Shown here piece by piece: positions 8,657-16,519 of a DNA stretch of 51,158 nucleotides. Below the pieces are notes generated by a model. It did no database searches and was not told where the DNA came from. It saw only the letters and a program-made list of their open reading frames with translations. The first letter of the stretch is position 1; the number at the start of each line of letters is the position of its first letter. Both the position numbers and the translations under genes were made by a program. This DNA is from a virus, in IMG/VR virus record IMGVR_UViG_3300019132_000034, positions 1 to 51,158 of that record; one strand, 5' to 3'.

Positions 8657-8809
8657 TTGTTTCTTAAGCAAATGAATGACCTAAAGAAAATAGCAAGAAA
8701 TATGAAGAAACAAGGGAAATCGGATGAACAAATTAAAAAAGCAATTAATTTATATCTTGTAACAAGCAAAAAGAAAATTAATCCTAATGGTGACTTAGAT
8801 GTAGTTTGA
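8657..8809 (+). CDS. Hypothetical small basic protein
   Basis: TTG start after AAGGAAGGGG. The ATG at 8672 is an alternative start. Confidence 0.3.
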   Translation: MFLKQMNDLKKIARNMKKQGKSDEQIKKAINLYLVTSKKKINPNGDLDVV

Positions 8810-8839
8810 TTAATACACAGTACGAAGATAAAACGCAAT

Positions 8840-9055
8840 ATGGGGGAGATGAACATGAAACGAGTGGGGAAAGTAATCGTTCTCCGTCCAAGGCAGCAGG
8901 ACAAATGGGATGTACTACGATACATTCAGCTAGCGGAAGGTAACGTCACGATGGAAGAACTGAATCAACATTTTGAAGATGTTTACGATGAGGAAATTGG
9001 TGAAGCAGTGATTGAATATCTCGCCGCTCGCCGTTCTCGAGTGGTGATTCAATGA
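8840..9055 (+). CDS. Hypothetical protein
   Basis: A 71-aa ORF. The internal ATG at 8855 has the better RBS (GGGGGAG). Confidence 0.5.
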   Translation: MGEMNMKRVGKVIVLRPRQQDKWDVLRYIQLAEGNVTMEELNQHFEDVYDEEIGEAVIEYLAARRSRVVIQ

Positions 9056-9597
9056 ATCTTTCAAAAGAATGGAATCCTGTACCGAAGCCGGTAAAAGAAC
9101 GAAAGGAAAAGCTACGCCCGAAGATACATGAGAAGCGTCCGAAGAAGAATCGAAAGAAGATAGAAGTATACAAGGGTCGTGTGATCCCGAAAGCAAAAGA
9201 CCGTACGAAAATCAGCAAGACCAACTACCACCGTATGATCGAGGAATTCGGATACCGCTGCTTGATTTGCGGAAAGACACCAATTGAAGCTCACCACATT
9301 GTTTTTCGTAGTCAGCTAGGTTCGGGGAATTGGAGAAACCTAGCACCTCTTTGTCAAATGCATCATAGAAAAGCCCACCAGGATAGAAACTTTGCTGAAT
9401 ACTTACGCCAGGAGCGAGCAGAACGATTTGGACCGCACTTTTGGAAAGACAAATATAGGCTCTTTAAAGAGGGATTGATTCTGAATACAACGGATTCGTC
9501 CTTTGAACAATTCATGAAGGAGGAAGAAAAACGTGGATTGGCTCGAATGGCAGAAAAAAGTGATAATCGAGGAATATGTGGAGGGGGAGAAAAATGA
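9052..9597 (+). CDS. HNH endonuclease with a Lys-rich N-terminus
   Basis: CLICGK...EAHHIVFRS...NLAPLCQMHHRKAH. Confidence 0.7.
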   Translation: MNLSKEWNPVPKPVKERKEKLRPKIHEKRPKKNRKKIEVYKGRVIPKAKDRTKISKTNYHRMIEEFGYRCLICGKTPIEAHHIVFRSQLGSGNWRNLAPLCQMHHRKAHQDRNFAEYLRQERAERFGPHFWKDKYRLFKEGLILNTTDSSFEQFMKEEEKRGLARMAEKSDNRGICGGGEK

Positions 9598-9713
9598 AAC
9601 GGTACGTAGTGGAGAAAACAACCAAAACGCCGGATGGAGAAAATCTAAAGGTCGTTGAGGTGCTGGATAGCAAACCAAAGAATTTTTCTTATATCGTGTT
9701 TATTGGAAAATAG
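9594..9713 (+). CDS. Hypothetical 39-aa protein
   Basis: ATGA overlap with the HNH gene. RBS GGGGGAGA. Confidence 0.35.
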   Translation: MKRYVVEKTTKTPDGENLKVVEVLDSKPKNFSYIVFIGK

Positions 9714-9783
9714 TCAATAATTCACCAATATACAATTGTAGTCTATTTGAATGGGAACAAAAAAGCGAACAGGGGGATTTGCC

Positions 9784-10215
9784 ATGATAAATCGAGTGAT
9801 TCTAGTAGGAAGATTAACTGCTGATCCTACCTTACGATACACACCTAATGGAGTAGCGGTTGCAACCTTTACATTAGCGGTCAACCGACCGTTTGCTAAT
9901 CAACAAGGGGAACGTGAAGCGGATTTTATTAACGTTCAAGTATGGCGTAAGCCGGCTGAGAACGTAGCGAATTATTTGCGAAAAGGAAATCTTGCTGGAG
10001 TAGATGGGAGATTGCAGACACGAAGCTATGAAGGACAAAACGGAAGGGTATATGTAACGGAAGTAGTCGCTGATTCGGTACAGTTTTTAGAGCCGAAGGG
10101 GAAAGGTAACGGAACACCAAACAACACGCCTACATACCAAAATCAAGTGTCTGCTGATCCGTTTAAAGGGGAGGGGACGTCAATTGACATATCCGATGAC
10201 GACTTGCCGTTCTAA
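9784..10215 (+). CDS. ssb: Single-stranded DNA-binding protein
   Basis: [15 protein letters not shown]...[11 protein letters not shown] fold and an acidic DDDLPF tail. Confidence 0.9.
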   Translation: MINRVILVGRLTADPTLRYTPNGVAVATFTLAVNRPFANQQGEREADFINVQVWRKPAENVANYLRKGNLAGVDGRLQTRSYEGQNGRVYVTEVVADSVQFLEPKGKGNGTPNNTPTYQNQVSADPFKGEGTSIDISDDDLPF

Positions 10216-10351
10216 CTTTCACTATGAAAAAGCGACGAAACAACAGCTACTTACGATTGCATTATATGAAAATTGCCCGATGAGCCTCAAATACGAGGCT
10301 TGTCGGGAACTGCAAAAGAGAGGGCGGAACAATGGACAAAACAAAATTTAA
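10196..10351 (+). CDS. Hypothetical 51-aa protein
   Basis: Open frame overlapping the ssb 3' end. No clear RBS. Confidence 0.25.
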   Translation: MTTCRSNFHYEKATKQQLLTIALYENCPMSLKYEACRELQKRGRNNGQNKI

Positions 10352-10511
10352 TTTGAGTAGATATGATCATCAGTTAGTAGCGGGCATTTTAACAATATTA
10401 GTTGAGGATTTTGGATATAGCCCACATGAAGTATTTGAGTTACTTGAAGATGTAAAGAATCAGATGTGGCACGCGCTAAACGAACTCAAGAACGAGAAGG
10501 CGAGAAAATGA
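10332..10511 (+). CDS. Hypothetical 59-aa protein
   Basis: ATG follows AGAGGGCGG. The stop overlaps the next start (ATGA). Confidence 0.45.
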   Translation: MDKTKFNLSRYDHQLVAGILTILVEDFGYSPHEVFELLEDVKNQMWHALNELKNEKARK

Positions 10512-10690
10512 ACAAAGAGTATTGGCGTGGATTCCGTGACGGTCAGGAGCATGAGCGAAAGAAGGCGGCGCAGGTGTTGGCTTGCTACATAGAGTCATTG
10601 CGAGGCGTGAAGGGAATCGGCCCTGCGCTGTATCAAAGGATTGTGGAACATATCAATAAGGTGGATGTGAGAAAGGGGAAGGAAAAGTGA
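10508..10690 (+). CDS. Hypothetical protein
   Basis: In frame with track ORF 10466-10690. ATG 10508 is coupled to the upstream stop. Confidence 0.5.
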   Translation: MNKEYWRGFRDGQEHERKKAAQVLACYIESLRGVKGIGPALYQRIVEHINKVDVRKGKEK

Positions 10691-11013
10691 ATTTTAACGA
10701 ATATCAACAAGCAACTGATCGAACTTCTCCAGCATTTGATGATGAGATCGGTTGTATGGTCAATTTTGCAATGGGATTGAGTGGAGAAGCTGGGGAAATA
10801 ACTGATTACGTGAAAAAAGTGGTGTTTCAAGGTCATTCACTAGAAAAAGAAAGAATTGCTGAAGAACTAGGTGACTTACTTTGGTATGTTGCAAGAATGT
10901 CAAGTTTATTGGGATATGACTTAAGCAAAATCGCGCAAATGAACATTAAAAAACTCGAAAAGCGCTATCCAGAAGGTTTTAGTGTAGAAGCGAGCGTGAA
11001 CCGAAGCGAATGA
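10687..11013 (+). CDS. MazG-type nucleoside triphosphate pyrophosphohydrolase
   Basis: GLSGEAGEITDYVKK and EELGDLLWYV motifs. Length 108 aa. Confidence 0.8.
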   Translation: MNFNEYQQATDRTSPAFDDEIGCMVNFAMGLSGEAGEITDYVKKVVFQGHSLEKERIAEELGDLLWYVARMSSLLGYDLSKIAQMNIKKLEKRYPEGFSVEASVNRSE

Positions 11014-11966
11014 AAAACCACATCATCTTCTTTAGCGGAGGAAAATCGAGTTTTTCAGTGGCGGATTTTGTGAAAACGAATTATCCAAACGACAATATCG
11101 TTTTGTATTTCACCGATACGCTCTGGGAAGATGAGGATTTATATCGGTTCATTCATGAAGCGTCAGACAAACTCCAATTACCACTATTAACGCATAGTAT
11201 GGGCATCAATCCAATACAGTTAATGTTCCAGCAAAAAGTTTTGTTCAACAGTCGAATAGGGAACTGCTCCAAGATACTGAAAATGAAAGTGGCATCGGAT
11301 TTTCTAAAGAAAGGGAAAAAGCCAAAGATTGAAAAATGGTATAACAGGCAACATCTCAAGCAGGAAGATTTTATTTCACACGCAACTTTATACTTTGGAA
11401 TCAGCTTTGACGAAATGCATAGACAAGACGCCATCGTGAGGAATTGGCAACCATTTAGAGTAGAAATGCCGCTGATTGATAACATAGTAGATAATAACGA
11501 GATTTTACGGAAATACAACATCAGACAACCGAGACTATACGATTTAGGATTCTCTCATAACAACTGCAAAGGACGTTGCGTAAAAGCAGGACAAGGGCAT
11601 TTCCGTAATTTAAAGGAGAAAATGCCGCATGTGTTTCAAAAACTCATGGAACAAGAGCATCACATGAAAGTATATGTGTCCAGCTATCACTACATTAAGA
11701 GTTTGGATTTAGACGATGAGGTAAAAGAAATTTACCTATACGAACTAGATAAAGCCTATGAGGATTACTTCAATGGAAAAGCAGAAAAACCAAACCCATA
11801 CGTTCCTCCTAACTTGCATTTGAAACAATACAGCTTCATGAAAAAGAGTGGGAACGGAGAGGTAAGGCCTTATCCAATACGAGATTTACATTACGATGTA
11901 GAACGTGAGGGCACACAAATTGATCTGTTTGATATTGGCGGTTGTGGTTGTTTTGTAGAGTTTTAG
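11010..11966 (+). CDS. PP-loop ATPase of the PAPS-reductase-like family
   Basis: N-terminal IIFFSGGKSS PP-loop and a C-terminal Cys cluster (GGCGCF). Length 318 aa. Confidence 0.6.
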   Translation: MKNHIIFFSGGKSSFSVADFVKTNYPNDNIVLYFTDTLWEDEDLYRFIHEASDKLQLPLLTHSMGINPIQLMFQQKVLFNSRIGNCSKILKMKVASDFLKKGKKPKIEKWYNRQHLKQEDFISHATLYFGISFDEMHRQDAIVRNWQPFRVEMPLIDNIVDNNEILRKYNIRQPRLYDLGFSHNNCKGRCVKAGQGHFRNLKEKMPHVFQKLMEQEHHMKVYVSSYHYIKSLDLDDEVKEIYLYELDKAYEDYFNGKAEKPNPYVPPNLHLKQYSFMKKSGNGEVRPYPIRDLHYDVEREGTQIDLFDIGGCGCFVEF

Positions 11967-11978
11967 GAAGGGGATAGT

Positions 11979-12143
11979 ATGCAAGAAAAAATCCAGCACA
12001 TGATACGGGAACAAGAACAGCAGATTGAGAAGCTGCTAGAAACGAAGAGAAGCACGAACCCAGAGGATATTCTCTATGCGATATGTGAGGTTGTAATTTT
12101 ACAAAAACAAACCTTCATAAAGGAGTTGAGGGCTTTACTATGA
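11979..12143 (+). CDS. Hypothetical 54-aa protein
   Basis: ATG follows GGAAGGGGA. Confidence 0.45.
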   Translation: MQEKIQHMIREQEQQIEKLLETKRSTNPEDILYAICEVVILQKQTFIKELRALL

Positions 12144-12277
12144 ATCAAAAAGAACGAGAACACTTAATCGAATGGCTAGCTGTATGGACTAGTTACCATC
12201 GGGATTACTTCAAAAATTGGACCGATGAACAGCTAGTAAACTTCTATAACGAACAGATGGCGAAGTGGTCATCATGA
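12140..12277 (+). CDS. Hypothetical 45-aa protein
   Basis: ATGA overlaps on both sides. Confidence 0.4.
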   Translation: MNQKEREHLIEWLAVWTSYHRDYFKNWTDEQLVNFYNEQMAKWSS

Positions 12278-12582
12278 GCGGCAAAAAATCACGAAGCAAA
12301 GGGCAGCGCAGGGAAAGGGAGTTTGCGAAAGCGATTGAGGGTATTCGCATTCCCCTTTCCGGGGCGCAGAAAGGTTTTGGGAATGATGTGGAGGGATTAG
12401 GTCTCAAGTGGGAAGTCAAATCGAGGAAAGATGGTTTTCAGACGCTCTACAAGTGGCTTGAAGATGAACGGGAGAAGCCGGATGCGTTGGCACTGAAAGC
12501 AGATCGGAAGGATTGGCTTGTTGTGTTGAAGCTCGATAGATTCATCGAATTGATGGGAGGAAAAGAAAATGGTGCAAATTAG
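12274..12582 (+). CDS. Putative PD-(D/E)XK Holliday-junction resolvase (Hjc-like)
   Basis: KGQRREREF...GNDVEGLGLKWEVKSRK (a D...E-x-K arrangement). Small size and replication-module context agree. Confidence 0.5.
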   Translation: MSGKKSRSKGQRREREFAKAIEGIRIPLSGAQKGFGNDVEGLGLKWEVKSRKDGFQTLYKWLEDEREKPDALALKADRKDWLVVLKLDRFIELMGGKENGAN

Positions 12583-12727
12583 CTTTGAAGTAGCGATGAA
12601 ATACTTAAAAGAAGGCGGTAGGGTGTATGTGGAATACAATGGCAAGAAACATGAGGTGGTAACGCCCGATGGTATCGTAAGTTTTCCGTTAGAGTTGACT
12701 AAAGGTCTTTGGTTTATTGGCGATTAA
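12569..12727 (+). CDS. Hypothetical 52-aa protein
   Basis: ATG follows GGGAGG. Confidence 0.45.
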   Translation: MVQISFEVAMKYLKEGGRVYVEYNGKKHEVVTPDGIVSFPLELTKGLWFIGD

Positions 12728-12746
12728 TCCGAAAGGGGCTGGTGCT

Positions 12747-12887
12747 ATGATTTTTGTTTTACGTCATCCAGCAACACAGAGAGAACTCAAGACAGAGGAT
12801 GAACTCAAGGCGAAGTATCTACAAGAAATCGGCTACAAACTTGTGAATCAGTATGATGAAAAGTCGGTAAGCAAGTATAAGGGGTGA
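12747..12887 (+). CDS. Hypothetical 46-aa protein
   Basis: ATG follows AAAGGGG. Confidence 0.4.
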   Translation: MIFVLRHPATQRELKTEDELKAKYLQEIGYKLVNQYDEKSVSKYKG

Positions 12888-12891
12888 GGGG

Positions 12892-13287
12892 ATGAACAAG
12901 GTTGAAAAACTCACCGAACTCTACAAAAAGGCGGCTTCTCTAAACGAGGAGCTGCCGGCTCAACTCATCGAGAAAATGGGTCTGTACGGTCAAATATATG
13001 AACTTCTCGGTTCTCTTCATGCGGAAGCAGAAGGAGAATATGGCCTGAAGGAAGCGGAACGGAAAGAAGTGATTGCCACCGTCTTTTGTTTGGATCCAGA
13101 AAAGACCGTAAAAGAACGAGAGATGAAAGCCGAACTTGCTTCCATTCCCAAACGAAAGGAGGAAGCGGAAGCCCGAAAAGAAGCCATACGATGGAAGAAT
13201 GCAAGGGAATCGGTGCTTGAGCAAATCAATATCATGAAAAAGAAATATGAGCACCTGTGCAATGTATTACAAAAAGGGGGAATTTAG
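12892..13287 (+). CDS. Hypothetical coiled-coil protein
   Basis: A 131-aa ORF with RBS GGGGTGAGGGG. Confidence 0.55.
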   Translation: MNKVEKLTELYKKAASLNEELPAQLIEKMGLYGQIYELLGSLHAEAEGEYGLKEAERKEVIATVFCLDPEKTVKEREMKAELASIPKRKEEAEARKEAIRWKNARESVLEQINIMKKKYEHLCNVLQKGGI

Positions 13288-13290
13288 TTT

Positions 13291-13722
13291 ATGGCCGTTG
13301 CGGCTCCGAAAATCAAAAAAGCAACCTTCAAACACATTGAAGCAGAACTACACAGCTACCGTGATACGCTACGTGAAATTGACCAGCTGCGCAAAGACAT
13401 TATGTTTTGTAGCGAACATACAGATGAAAATGTCGGTGGGGGAAGGAGCAACCTTCCTTCTAGTCCAACAGAACGAATCGGAACAACATTGGTGACACAT
13501 CGGAGACTGCAACAGCTAGAAACCATTGCAAACGCCATCCAATTAGTCTATGATCGGGTGCCAGATGACCACAAAAAATTGATTCAATTAAAATATTGGA
13601 CCAAACCACAACGCTACACATGGGATGGCATTGCCGAAAAACTACATATCAGTAAGCGGCAAGCCATGCGATGGCGGGATGAGATTGTATATACAATTGC
13701 GGAAGTATTGGGATGGAGGTAA
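13291..13722 (+). CDS. RinA-family / sigma-region-4-like late transcriptional activator
   Basis: HIEAELHSYRD...GGGRSN...S.TE... and a C-terminal HTH (ISKRQAMRWRDEIV). It is the last gene before the accessory island and late genes. Confidence 0.7.
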   Translation: MAVAAPKIKKATFKHIEAELHSYRDTLREIDQLRKDIMFCSEHTDENVGGGRSNLPSSPTERIGTTLVTHRRLQQLETIANAIQLVYDRVPDDHKKLIQLKYWTKPQRYTWDGIAEKLHISKRQAMRWRDEIVYTIAEVLGWR

Positions 13723-13730
13723 AAGTAAAG

Positions 13731-13746
13731 TGTCATTTTTATGTCA
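13731..13746. promoter_or_regulatory. Two TGTCA boxes 11 nt apart, upstream of RNA element A
   Basis: TGTCA at 13731 and 13742, which is the reverse complement of the TGACA boxes upstream of element B. Confidence 0.3.
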
Positions 13747-13789
13747 CTTTTAGCATAAAATAATAGTTTACAATAATAGTGTGAGATTA

Positions 13790-13902
13790 TAGCTATTCTC
13801 AAAGTCTGTCACTAGAACGAGCTAGTCTGAATCCTTTTGGCTTGGAAAACCAAAAGGAGCGAGTTTCGACAAACGCTGCTCCAATCGGGGGTGGCGTTTT
13901 TT
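13790..13902 (+). ncRNA. Structured RNA-like element A (paralogue of 20723-20835), ending in an intrinsic terminator
   Basis: Conserved 5' block TAGCTATTCTCAAAGYCTGTCACTAGAAC, then hairpin CCTTTTGG/CCAAAAGG. This is followed by conserved GGAGCGAGTTYCGACAA and a GC stem plus T-run. Confidence 0.5.
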
Positions 13903-14085
13903 ACTTTACAATAAAAAAACCCTTTGGCATATAAAGGTGAAAGAGTTGCCAAAGGAATGTCGAAAAAGGGTAAGTATTTAGAAACTAAGTATCGTATTAC
14001 AAATCGAAAATATCACAAAAATTACCAATTGTGAATATGTATTCTAAGTAAACTATGTTCTAAATGCGAAAATGAGGTGAAAGGC

Positions 14086-14241
14086 ATGGAACGATACAAG
14101 GATGATGAGGAAGAAAAATGGCTGAATGAGGTCTATGAAAAACACCAATGCAAAGGGTGCGTATGGGCTTTTTGGCAACAAAAACGGATCGTGTCATGCC
14201 TTTTTTCTCGTTGTGTGAAGGAATCTCTCTCTTCTGGATAA
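14086..14241 (+). CDS. Hypothetical Cys-containing 51-aa protein
   Basis: ATG follows GAGGTGA. Confidence 0.4.
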   Translation: MERYKDDEEEKWLNEVYEKHQCKGCVWAFWQQKRIVSCLFSRCVKESLSSG

Positions 14242-14262
14242 GCTATCCATGAGGTGAGAAAC

Positions 14263-14424
14263 ATGTACAATTGGGAGGACAAATGTACGTTTATTGAATT
14301 AAAACTGATGGCAGCGAGTATTCTTTGCAAAGTGATGGGTGATGAGGTGTACCGGAAAGAACACCTAATAACCGATTTACAAACGTTAATCAGAAGGTTA
14401 GATGCGGAGGAACCGAAGTTATAA
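14263..14424 (+). CDS. Hypothetical 53-aa protein
   Basis: ATG follows GAGGTGAGA. Confidence 0.4.
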   Translation: MYNWEDKCTFIELKLMAASILCKVMGDEVYRKEHLITDLQTLIRRLDAEEPKL

Positions 14425-14644
14425 AAAGATGGGAGGTCCGTGTTTTTAGACCGGACCGAAAAAAAGCCAGAACTGTTCCCGGCGCTCGCTACATTAAGTA
14501 TATCACGGGAGGGGGCCAAGTGGTGAAGCAATTGTCATTTAACCTTCCTGAGATAGAAAGAGAAAAAACGAAAGAAGTGTTGAAGCTGCACTGGAGAAAT
14601 ATCGATTTTATCTCCTAACGGTTCCGGAGGAACGATTACCAAAA

Positions 14645-14965
14645 GTGGCAGCGACATATTCACTTGTTCCTCCTGCTCACAAAAATGCCTTTCATTCACC
14701 TACAGAAACAGCAGTGATTGACAAAGTGGATTTCGAACGAGAAAGAGATGAGTATATGGAATGGATTAGACGCAGCGTGAATCGCCTCAGTCCGAGGGAA
14801 CGAGAGTTAATCGTCAAGCGATACTTGAGTGATGAGGAAATGTATGATTATGAACTTTACAATGAGATGGGAATGTCTGGACGGCAGTACTACCGAACGA
14901 AGGCGAGAACATTATATAAACTTGCAGTAATTCTTCGTATAGAAGTTTACAAAAAGAAAGCGTAA
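14645..14965 (+). CDS. ArpU-family transcriptional regulator, paralogue 1
   Basis: Paralogous to 17633-18037 (VPPAH...DFERERDEYME...RYL..EE.YDYE.YN.MG). The expected N-terminus (LPEIEREK) lies in the -1-related frame from GTG 14523. Confidence 0.65.
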   Translation: MAATYSLVPPAHKNAFHSPTETAVIDKVDFERERDEYMEWIRRSVNRLSPRERELIVKRYLSDEEMYDYELYNEMGMSGRQYYRTKARTLYKLAVILRIEVYKKKA

Positions 14966-15268
14966 ATAAAAAATCTAAGGTACACATTCTTTAAAATGAA
15001 ATAGGTAATTTTCTCTTTTTTCTCAATCAAAATGGCCGTAAAATATGAAGTATCTAATTCATTTTTACATACCTGTTAAATTTAGTAATACTAACGGATT
15101 CAGTGGATTACCCAATAATACGAAATATGGGTATGGGTAATTAGAGAAAAATCTAAATAAACATTAGTTCCTAGTAGTTTAGTGAACCATTAAATAGTTA
15201 GTTGTATTACCATTCTGTGAGTATGTAGAGTGAAGTTTGGCGGGGGGAACTTTGGAAGGGGAGTGGCT

Positions 15269-16108
15269 ATGACCTTTAATCATAGAATAGTTCCGGGACA
15301 AATACTAGAGAATCATGAAATTGTTTCTATTTTTAAATGTGCTCCTCGGGGTGGGATGCGTCGGTCATTAAGGACTAATTCTCTTGTAATAGTATCGGAC
15401 CATACCGAATCTTTATACGAAGATCGCTGGGAAGATGATGTGTTTCATTACACTGGAATGGGAAGGACAGGAGACCAAAAGTTAGATTCCGGACAAAATA
15501 AGACATTAGCAGAGTCACGTGCCAATGGGGTAGACATTTATCTTTTTGAAGTGTTTCGGGAAAAAGAATATGTTTTCATAGGACAGGTTGAGTTGGCTGG
15601 TCAGCCATATCAAGAGGAGCAGTTGGATATAGAAAATAATTTAAGATTAGTTTGGGTTTTTCCATTAAGATTAAGAGGCAACACCAAACCATTTGAACTT
15701 CCCCAAGAGTGGATTGAAACAAAAAATAAATCCAGGGAGAAAAAGGCAAAGAAGTTGTCAGATGGGGAGTTAAAGGTAAGAGCAAGGCATACCAGCAAGA
15801 AAGCAGTTAAACGTGCGACTAGTAAGATCTCATATGAGCGAAATCCTTATGTCAGCGAGTATGCAAAAAGATGGGCAAACGGTATATGCCAACTTTGTGG
15901 TGAGGAAGCGCCATTTCGAGATAAAAATGGGACCCCGTATTTAGAGTCCCACCACATTGAATGGTTAGCGCGCGGTGGAGATGATACAATTGAGAATACA
16001 ATTGCCCTTTGTCCAAACTGTCATAAGAAGATGCATATACTCGATCGAAAAAGCGATGTAGAAAAGCTAAAAAATCGTGTTAGAGAGCATCTTCTGTCCT
16101 TAATGTAA
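15269..16108 (+). CDS. SRA/YDG-like reader domain fused to an HNH nuclease (putative type IV modification-dependent restriction enzyme)
   Basis: N-terminal SLVIVSDH..LYEDRWEDDVFHYTGMGRTGDQ...QNKTLAES resembles the SRA YEDD..YTG.GG pattern. C-terminal HNH is CQLCG...ESHHIEW...NTIALCPNCHKKMH. The ATG at 15269 has RBS GGAAGGGGA. Confidence 0.6.
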   Translation: MTFNHRIVPGQILENHEIVSIFKCAPRGGMRRSLRTNSLVIVSDHTESLYEDRWEDDVFHYTGMGRTGDQKLDSGQNKTLAESRANGVDIYLFEVFREKEYVFIGQVELAGQPYQEEQLDIENNLRLVWVFPLRLRGNTKPFELPQEWIETKNKSREKKAKKLSDGELKVRARHTSKKAVKRATSKISYERNPYVSEYAKRWANGICQLCGEEAPFRDKNGTPYLESHHIEWLARGGDDTIENTIALCPNCHKKMHILDRKSDVEKLKNRVREHLLSLM

Positions 16109-16136
16109 ATGTTCGTAATTAGGTGGTCGATCAATA

Positions 16137-16466
16137 ATGAAAGAATTGATTCAGAAAGTTGTCATGTTTCGAGATAAACGAAACTGGAAACAATTTCACA
16201 ATGCTAAAGATCTTGCAATATCTTTATCTATTGAGGCAAGTGAGCTTCTTGAAAATTTTCAGTGGAAGACAAGCGAGGAAGCTGTTAAGGAAAACTTAGA
16301 AGATATTAAAGATGAGGTTGCTGATGTTGTTATTTATGCAATGTTGCTTTCGAATGAATTAGATTTTAACTTAGAAGAAGTTATTGAGCAGAAAATAAAG
16401 AAAAATGAAGAAAAGTATCCGATTGAAAAGGCATACGGAAGTAATAAAAAGTACAACGAATTATAG
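16137..16466 (+). CDS. MazG-like all-alpha NTP pyrophosphatase (dCTPase/DCTPP1-like)
   Basis: EASELLENFQW and EVADVVIYAMLL metal-binding motifs. Length 109 aa. Confidence 0.7.
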   Translation: MKELIQKVVMFRDKRNWKQFHNAKDLAISLSIEASELLENFQWKTSEEAVKENLEDIKDEVADVVIYAMLLSNELDFNLEEVIEQKIKKNEEKYPIEKAYGSNKKYNEL

Positions 16467-16519
16467 GAATATGAGGGATTTACCTATATTTCGTTTTTCT
16501 AAGGACGGGTGATATTAGG

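Noticed and set aside
14430-14470. GGTCCG/CGGACC hairpin as a terminator
   Set aside because: There is no T-run on the plus strand, and the minus strand has no credible gene to terminate.
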